Below, one piece after another: positions 9,258 through 15,244 of a DNA stretch of 27,137 nucleotides. A model generated the notes under the pieces. That model was not told where the DNA came from, ran no database searches, and saw nothing but the letters and a program-made list of their open reading frames with translations. This stretch comes from a virus (taxonomy: Duplodnaviria > Caudoviricetes). The number at the start of each line of letters is the position of its first letter. Position 1 is the stretch's first letter. The stretch lies in the IMG/VR virus record IMGVR_UViG_3300032332_000598, positions 1 to 27,137 of that record. One strand, 5' to 3'. The translations under genes were made by a program, and so were the position numbers.

Positions 9258-12200
9258 TTGTTAGGCTCAAGTACATCCAAACAACTAATTAGAGAGGGAA
9301 ATGCAATAATTTCCACTCCAAAAGTTATTGCTGAATGGAATCAAAACAGTTATATTCCAGTAAGAGTTTGTGGATCTTTATATCAATATCCTACATCTGA
9401 AAGCAATTTAGTTACACTAACATCTTTAGGTCCATCTTTTGTTTCTTCTTATAGAACAGCAAATAGTTTTTCTTCAAGAAGTTTTTCAGTTTCAAATGTT
9501 ACTCAAACATCAGATAATGCACTTTTTAGTTTCTCAGCAAATAGGTCTTTTGCCTACAAAATAGTTTTTTATGCAAAAACAGATGCTGCAATTGCAAGTA
9601 GTATTATTGTTAAGTTTAATGAATCTTCAATAAATAATGGAAGTACAACTTCTCTTAAAGTTGGAATGTCAAAACAATTTTCAATTGATACAGCAGACTG
9701 GTCTTTATGTGAAATGTATTACTCACCAGCAGATGATACATGTTCAACTGTAAATGTTAATTTATGTATTGATACTGATAATTTATGTAATGTTACTTTT
9801 TCAGATGTAACCATTGTTAGAATTGATAGAAAAGAATATTTAAAATCAAATATTTATAAGGTTGCAGATACTTTTAGCGGTTTTAGACCAGGAGAAGCAA
9901 TAATTGATAGTGGAAATATAACTAAAAAATTAAGTGAAATAATATATAGTGATTCTTCTTCAAAAGATGTTGTGACATCATTTTCAAATACCAGTGCAAC
10001 TAGAACATCAAATGTTGCAACACTTAATATTGGAACTCATAAGATTGCTCTTGGATCTTATGTTGTAGTTGAAGGAGTTGGATCAGGATTTAATGGTAGA
10101 TATTTGGTATCTGCAACAACTTCAACAACTATTTCTTATTTAAATACTGGAAGTAATGTTTCTACTGCAATTACAATTGGAACAGTAAAGTCCTTACTAT
10201 CACCATCAATACTTCAAAAAAGAATACATGCATCTACTGGAAATATTGTTTATGCACCAGATTTTCATAATTTTAGTTATTATGTTGATACTAAATCTAA
10301 TTCAAGTGAAATATCTGGAGTATTTGCTTATTATGATACTGATATTTCTACAAATAAAATTATTTTAAAATTTTTAAATGGCTCTTTAAATGGATACAAT
10401 AACTCAATTTCAAGTTTTAGTCTCTACACATATTACGCAGGAGTTTGGACTGAGTATTCTGATCCTGGAACAATAAATTCCAATGGATCCCTTGCGCTAT
10501 ATTGGAATGGTTCTGGATGGGATACAACTGAAAGATCATCTACTATAAATGAAAATACTTTTACACTAACTGGAACAACTACAATTAGTGGAATTGCAAT
10601 TGCAGTAAAAGGTTTAACTACAACACAATCAAATTATACGGTAAGATACCTTGAAGTATCACCTAGACTGCAAATTGATATGACAAATTATTTAATATCA
10701 TACTCTTCGTCAGAAGAAACAGATAGTGGAGATCTTCCAATTGCAGTAGGCACTGCAACAGCAAATAGTTCATCGGTAAAATTAGAAAATATTCCAAGAG
10801 TTTTTAATGGTTCAACTTTTTCAATTTTTTCAGATACTACTGGAATTTCCCCATTTACTAAATTAACTCAAAAAAATGTAAAATTTAAAATGCTTTATGA
10901 TATTGTAAACACAAATGGTGTAATTGTTCAGCAAAATATTAAATTATTTACAGGGTATGTTGATTCATGGGATATTAGTGGGGAAGATGCCTCAGTAACA
11001 TTGTTTGATTATGGAAAATATTTACAAAATCAAAAAATAGTAGATATGCTAATGCTTGGAACTGGAACAGATGTATCTTTAAGAAACATCTTGATGAATT
11101 TATTTGAACAAAATGGTTTTAGTGATTATATAATTCCAGATTCAGATAATATGTATGAAAAAATTAGACATTTTTATTCAGATTCACAAAAAACAGTCTG
11201 GGAACTTGTTCAAGACTTATTGCTTACTTATTCATATTTAGGATATTTTGATGCAGATGGGTTTTTAAATATAACATCTCACAAGGAAATATCTTCAGGC
11301 TCAACACAATTTGTTTTTACAGATAGAGAAATTACAGATAATTCTATTTTATATAAGCCTAATATTGTAACTTTAACTACTGAAAAATCTCCAAATCCAT
11401 CTGAAGTTAGAGTAAGATATAATACTGTTTATGAAAAGTCAGATGTAATTCAATCTGCAAATGATATTGAGAATTTATCTGTTTCATTTAAAGAAGGTTC
11501 ACAAATTGTATGGACAGCCCCAGAATCATCTATGCTTGGGTATGCAAAATTATCTACCAATATTGGTTCAACTGATAACATTATACAACTTGACAAATCT
11601 AATTGGAAAACAAGTACACATGAAATGTGGGGCGCTTTTTCGGGGTACGCACTTATTGCATCTGAAATTATTAAATTTGATGGACTAGAATATATGTATG
11701 TTAACGAAACTGAAAATATTGTTGCAAGTCCTACCGCAACTGCAGCAACAAAAGGATCAACATCAATAGTCGTTTCTAGTTCAACAGGAATTGCTGCAAA
11801 TCAATATGTTAACGGTGTTGGAATAGTAACTGGAACAAAGGTAAGTTCTTCATATACATCTGGAACAACAATTCCAATTACAGTGCCAACATCAGATATA
11901 ATTGCAGGATCTTTAGCAGTATTTTCTACTGGAAAAGTAAAATATGCAACTGTAGGTTCAAAGCAAGAATTTGAATCTTTAAAGGCAACTGTATTTTCAC
12001 AACAGTCAAATTTAAAAAGTAGTTATAAAGTTACATTAACACCAACTGGTAGATTGATGAATGTCCAGAGAGGATGTTTTGGAACTAAATCCCAAGAACA
12101 TCTTGTAAAAATTACTGGAGAAAACATTACAAATATTCCAAATTTAAAAGTTTTAACTCAAACTTCAGGGTTATCAATTTCTCAAATTTCTCCAATTAAT

Positions 12201-12698
12201 TTAGCATTAAATTCAGCACTAGATACAGATACTAAAACTCAAAGCCTCAGACTTGTTGGGAAAGGATCTTCTGGAGTAAAAACTATAGCATATTTTAATG
12301 GTATCGATCAGAATGACTATAATGTTTATCAATTTTCATTTAATGTTCCAGAAAATACTGCAGGAATTAGTTCTATATTAAGAGATGAGGCTATTGGAGT
12401 TGTTATTGGTTATGATCCAATAACTGGTAGCGGTATATACATAAATATTATTCCAGAATTTAATGGTAATGGAAGTAGGACTTCTGTATATAGAAACAAT
12501 GAATTAATTGCAACATCAAAATTTTCACTATCAACTGCAACTTCAAGTGGATATGATCCTCCAAGTAATTCAGCATCTTCTGGTTCAGGTAATGCATCTG
12601 TTTTACATAAAAAGAAGCAGAAAGTAAAGAGCAAAAAGAAAGATAAGAAAAAGAAAAAGACTAAAAAGAAAGTCAAAAAGAAGAAGAAAAAGAGGTAA
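9258..12698 (+). CDS. Large minor tail / baseplate hub-like protein (N-terminal part), with a poly-Lys C-terminus
   Basis: 1146-aa beta-rich protein with hub-like motifs (LFTGYVDSWD, TVWELVQDL, GYFDADGFL). TTG start with GGAGG SD. It ends in 29 aa of which 23 are K/R. Confidence 0.7.
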   Translation: MLGSSTSKQLIREGNAIISTPKVIAEWNQNSYIPVRVCGSLYQYPTSESNLVTLTSLGPSFVSSYRTANSFSSRSFSVSNVTQTSDNALFSFSANRSFAYKIVFYAKTDAAIASSIIVKFNESSINNGSTTSLKVGMSKQFSIDTADWSLCEMYYSPADDTCSTVNVNLCIDTDNLCNVTFSDVTIVRIDRKEYLKSNIYKVADTFSGFRPGEAIIDSGNITKKLSEIIYSDSSSKDVVTSFSNTSATRTSNVATLNIGTHKIALGSYVVVEGVGSGFNGRYLVSATTSTTISYLNTGSNVSTAITIGTVKSLLSPSILQKRIHASTGNIVYAPDFHNFSYYVDTKSNSSEISGVFAYYDTDISTNKIILKFLNGSLNGYNNSISSFSLYTYYAGVWTEYSDPGTINSNGSLALYWNGSGWDTTERSSTINENTFTLTGTTTISGIAIAVKGLTTTQSNYTVRYLEVSPRLQIDMTNYLISYSSSEETDSGDLPIAVGTATANSSSVKLENIPRVFNGSTFSIFSDTTGISPFTKLTQKNVKFKMLYDIVNTNGVIVQQNIKLFTGYVDSWDISGEDASVTLFDYGKYLQNQKIVDMLMLGTGTDVSLRNILMNLFEQNGFSDYIIPDSDNMYEKIRHFYSDSQKTVWELVQDLLLTYSYLGYFDADGFLNITSHKEISSGSTQFVFTDREITDNSILYKPNIVTLTTEKSPNPSEVRVRYNTVYEKSDVIQSANDIENLSVSFKEGSQIVWTAPESSMLGYAKLSTNIGSTDNIIQLDKSNWKTSTHEMWGAFSGYALIASEIIKFDGLEYMYVNETENIVASPTATAATKGSTSIVVSSSTGIAANQYVNGVGIVTGTKVSSSYTSGTTIPITVPTSDIIAGSLAVFSTGKVKYATVGSKQEFESLKATVFSQQSNLKSSYKVTLTPTGRLMNVQRGCFGTKSQEHLVKITGENITNIPNLKVLTQTSGLSISQISPINLALNSALDTDTKTQSLRLVGKGSSGVKTIAYFNGIDQNDYNVYQFSFNVPENTAGISSILRDEAIGVVIGYDPITGSGIYINIIPEFNGNGSRTSVYRNNELIATSKFSLSTATSSGYDPPSNSASSGSGNASVLHKKKQKVKSKKKDKKKKKTKKKVKKKKKKR

Positions 12699-12700
12699 AA

Positions 12701-13645
12701 ATGTCAAATACTGTAATTAAATCTCCAGTTGTTTATGGAAAATCTAATAATGTAATCGTAGCCTTTGATTCAAAGTCAGCAATGTCAATACACATTAATG
12801 GTGTTAAAATACCATTAGTACTTGCAAAAGGTAAGAGTAATGATTTTTCTAATTTTATTAATGATAATAAATCTATAGGAATTTATGTTTATGGTTCAAA
12901 TCAATTAAACATTCATAGTGTTTCAGCATTATCTTCACAAACATTTTTGATGCATAATTTACTAGAGCCTTCAACAATGTCTTCAATTCTTTCTAATGGG
13001 TATGTGTCTGATACACAACCATTTACTTTTTCACTAGATCCAATTGTGCTGGGAATGCAAATGTATGATGTTCAATTAGAGCCAGGTCCATCATTTAATC
13101 ATCAAATTGTAGCCCCTGAAGGAGGTTATGAAATTAAATCTGGAGACACTACAACTAAACTATTTGTAGTTACCGATAAAAATTCAATAATTTCTCCGAT
13201 TCATGGTGGTGCTTATAATGCACAATTTGGTATAATTAATAAAGCAGAAGCATTTTTGCCTTTAAACGGCAGCCTTGGACAATTTACTCCATTAATGATT
13301 AAGGCAAATACTCTTGTAAAAACAGATGAATCTTTATTCAGTAAAAAATTGTCAAATTCTATACATTCTAATAATCCTATAGAAATTGCATCAGATTGGA
13401 TTCAAACAGAAAGTAATGCTGAATTAATTGCAAATAAAATTATTAGAGGTATAAAGACATCTTCTGATAAATATTCAATAGAAGTATTTGGAAACCCCCT
13501 GATAGAACTTGGAGACACTGTTAAATTAAAGTATTATGAGGGAAATATAATTAAAGACGATACATCTTTTATAGTAATTGGCAAGGAAAATTCATATGAC
13601 AATGGCTTTTCTACCACTATAAAACTTAGAGAATTATCGAGATAA
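12701..13645 (+). CDS. Minor tail protein (hub/Tal C-terminal-like part)
   Basis: GAGGT SD. The C-terminal IEIASDWIQTE...IEVFGNPLIELGDTV...FSTTIKLRE region resembles the C-terminus of phage tail hub proteins. Confidence 0.65.
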   Translation: MSNTVIKSPVVYGKSNNVIVAFDSKSAMSIHINGVKIPLVLAKGKSNDFSNFINDNKSIGIYVYGSNQLNIHSVSALSSQTFLMHNLLEPSTMSSILSNGYVSDTQPFTFSLDPIVLGMQMYDVQLEPGPSFNHQIVAPEGGYEIKSGDTTTKLFVVTDKNSIISPIHGGAYNAQFGIINKAEAFLPLNGSLGQFTPLMIKANTLVKTDESLFSKKLSNSIHSNNPIEIASDWIQTESNAELIANKIIRGIKTSSDKYSIEVFGNPLIELGDTVKLKYYEGNIIKDDTSFIVIGKENSYDNGFSTTIKLRELSR

Positions 13646-13646
13646 G

Positions 13647-13655
13647 TGGTATAAT
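13647..13655 (+). promoter_or_regulatory. Extended -10 promoter (TGGTATAAT), probably giving a leaderless transcript
   Basis: Perfect TGnTATAAT in a 16-bp intergenic gap, with only 6 nt between it and ATG 13662. Confidence 0.6.
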
Positions 13656-13661
13656 AAGGAT

Positions 13662-14108
13662 ATGGCTAAAAAAAAGAAAAAAGTTGTTGAAACTACTAAA
13701 CAAGTAATACATCATCATAATATAGAGAAACCAAAAAAGAAGGTTGTTCATAAAGATCATCCATTAGCAAAACACAAAAAAAAGAAACATCCATTAGCAG
13801 AGCATGTTGAAGTTTTAGATGAAGATTTTGCCGATCCGATTGATTCTGTAGATGATGATGAATTAGATATGGAAGATATTGCAGATCCCTTAATTCAACC
13901 ATCAGAAAGTGAAGAAGACATTGTAACTCTTCCAGAAAATTCTTTAAATATTCCTAAAACCTTAGCAATGCCAGCATTGGTTTCTATAGATACATCAAAA
14001 GCAACTTTTTATGAAACAAATGACGGTTCCCAAAGAGCAACACTAAATGTATCTTTTGAAGAAGTTTTTAGAGCAGATGATTATGAAGTTAGGATGTCAG
14101 CCGTATAA
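13662..14108 (+). CDS. Small tail-associated protein: basic N-terminus, acidic middle, half-FN3-like C-terminus
   Basis: MAKKKKK...HPLAKHKKKKHPLAEH is followed by a D/E-rich stretch and then ATLNVSFEEVFRADDYEVRM. It is coupled to the next gene by TAATG. Confidence 0.65.
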   Translation: MAKKKKKVVETTKQVIHHHNIEKPKKKVVHKDHPLAKHKKKKHPLAEHVEVLDEDFADPIDSVDDDELDMEDIADPLIQPSESEEDIVTLPENSLNIPKTLAMPALVSIDTSKATFYETNDGSQRATLNVSFEEVFRADDYEVRMSAV

Positions 14109-15241
14109 TGTTAAATGGTAAGTATAGAATATATAAAAATGGAAAATTAGTTATTGAATCAAATAATGCTATTACAGAATTTGGTAAAGATTCTATTGTA
14201 AAATATTTAGCAAACGCAATTCCAGCATGGGCAGATTCAATTGCAGTTGGAGCAGGACCAGTATCAACAGTAGCATCAACAACTTCAACAGCCCTCATAG
14301 GAGCAACAACAATTACAGTTGCATCAGCAACTGGTATTTCTGCAGGTCAAATTATTAGTGGAACTGGAATTGCAAATGGGACCAAAGTTGGATCAGGCTA
14401 TGTGTCTGGAACATCTGTTCCAATTACAATTGGATTAACTTCAGCACATTCAGCAACTCCAGTGTCTTTTTATACAGCACCAACATCATCTAATTCAAAG
14501 TTAGATTTTGAATTTTCTAGAGGAACTGTTTCATTAAAATCTCCTAAAATAAATGGATCTGCAAGAAGTATCGTGATTAAAGCATCTTTAGAGCCAGGAA
14601 TTGCTGGGGTAATTAGAGAAGTTGGAGCATATACATCTTTAGGTTCAGCAGTAGACAAAGGTTATGATGGAAGAATTCTTACAATGTTTGATGAAGGTCA
14701 AAGCGCATCAGATTTATTAAAATGGTCAGTAGGATCTCCAACTACTGCAAATAACCTTATTGGAAATGCTAATTTAATTTTAAATAATGCAACTACATAT
14801 CTTGGAGCAATTTCTGATCCAACATATCCAGGAGCAATAAATCTAGATCTTTCTGGATATACAGCGGGAGATACATTAAATCTTACCTATACAGCATTAG
14901 CAACGGGAACAAGTCAATCCCTAAATATTATTTTTTATGATAATCAAAATACTCCAGGAACCCTAACCTGGAACAATACAATTTCACCTACTATAAATAC
15001 AGGATATACTTTATCAACGCTTCTTGGATCTATGACATCATCTGGAAACTTTAACTACAATGTTAGCGCAATTAAAATTGTTACAACTGCAAACCTATCA
15101 CTTGACGCAATGCGTATAGATGATACAGATACATTAGATACCACATTTGGGTTAGTAAGCAGAACAGTATTAAATTCATCAATTATAAAATCTACTGGAG
15201 ATAGCATAGATATTGAATATGAAATAACATTGGGGCTGTAG
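14108..15241 (+). CDS. Minor tail / baseplate protein with an inserted beta-module
   Basis: Contains NAITEFGKDSIVKYLA, IAVGAG, LDFEFSR, IREVGAY and IIKSTGDSIDIEYEI, motifs seen in phage tail-fibre-attachment-type proteins. Confidence 0.65.
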   Translation: MLNGKYRIYKNGKLVIESNNAITEFGKDSIVKYLANAIPAWADSIAVGAGPVSTVASTTSTALIGATTITVASATGISAGQIISGTGIANGTKVGSGYVSGTSVPITIGLTSAHSATPVSFYTAPTSSNSKLDFEFSRGTVSLKSPKINGSARSIVIKASLEPGIAGVIREVGAYTSLGSAVDKGYDGRILTMFDEGQSASDLLKWSVGSPTTANNLIGNANLILNNATTYLGAISDPTYPGAINLDLSGYTAGDTLNLTYTALATGTSQSLNIIFYDNQNTPGTLTWNNTISPTINTGYTLSTLLGSMTSSGNFNYNVSAIKIVTTANLSLDAMRIDDTDTLDTTFGLVSRTVLNSSIIKSTGDSIDIEYEITLGL

Positions 15242-15244
15242 TGA

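Noticed and set aside
13670-13676. A AAA AAG slippery heptamer at the start of ORF13662
   Set aside because: The -1 frame reaches TGA within a few codons, so no meaningful product results. It is probably a by-product of Lys codons.
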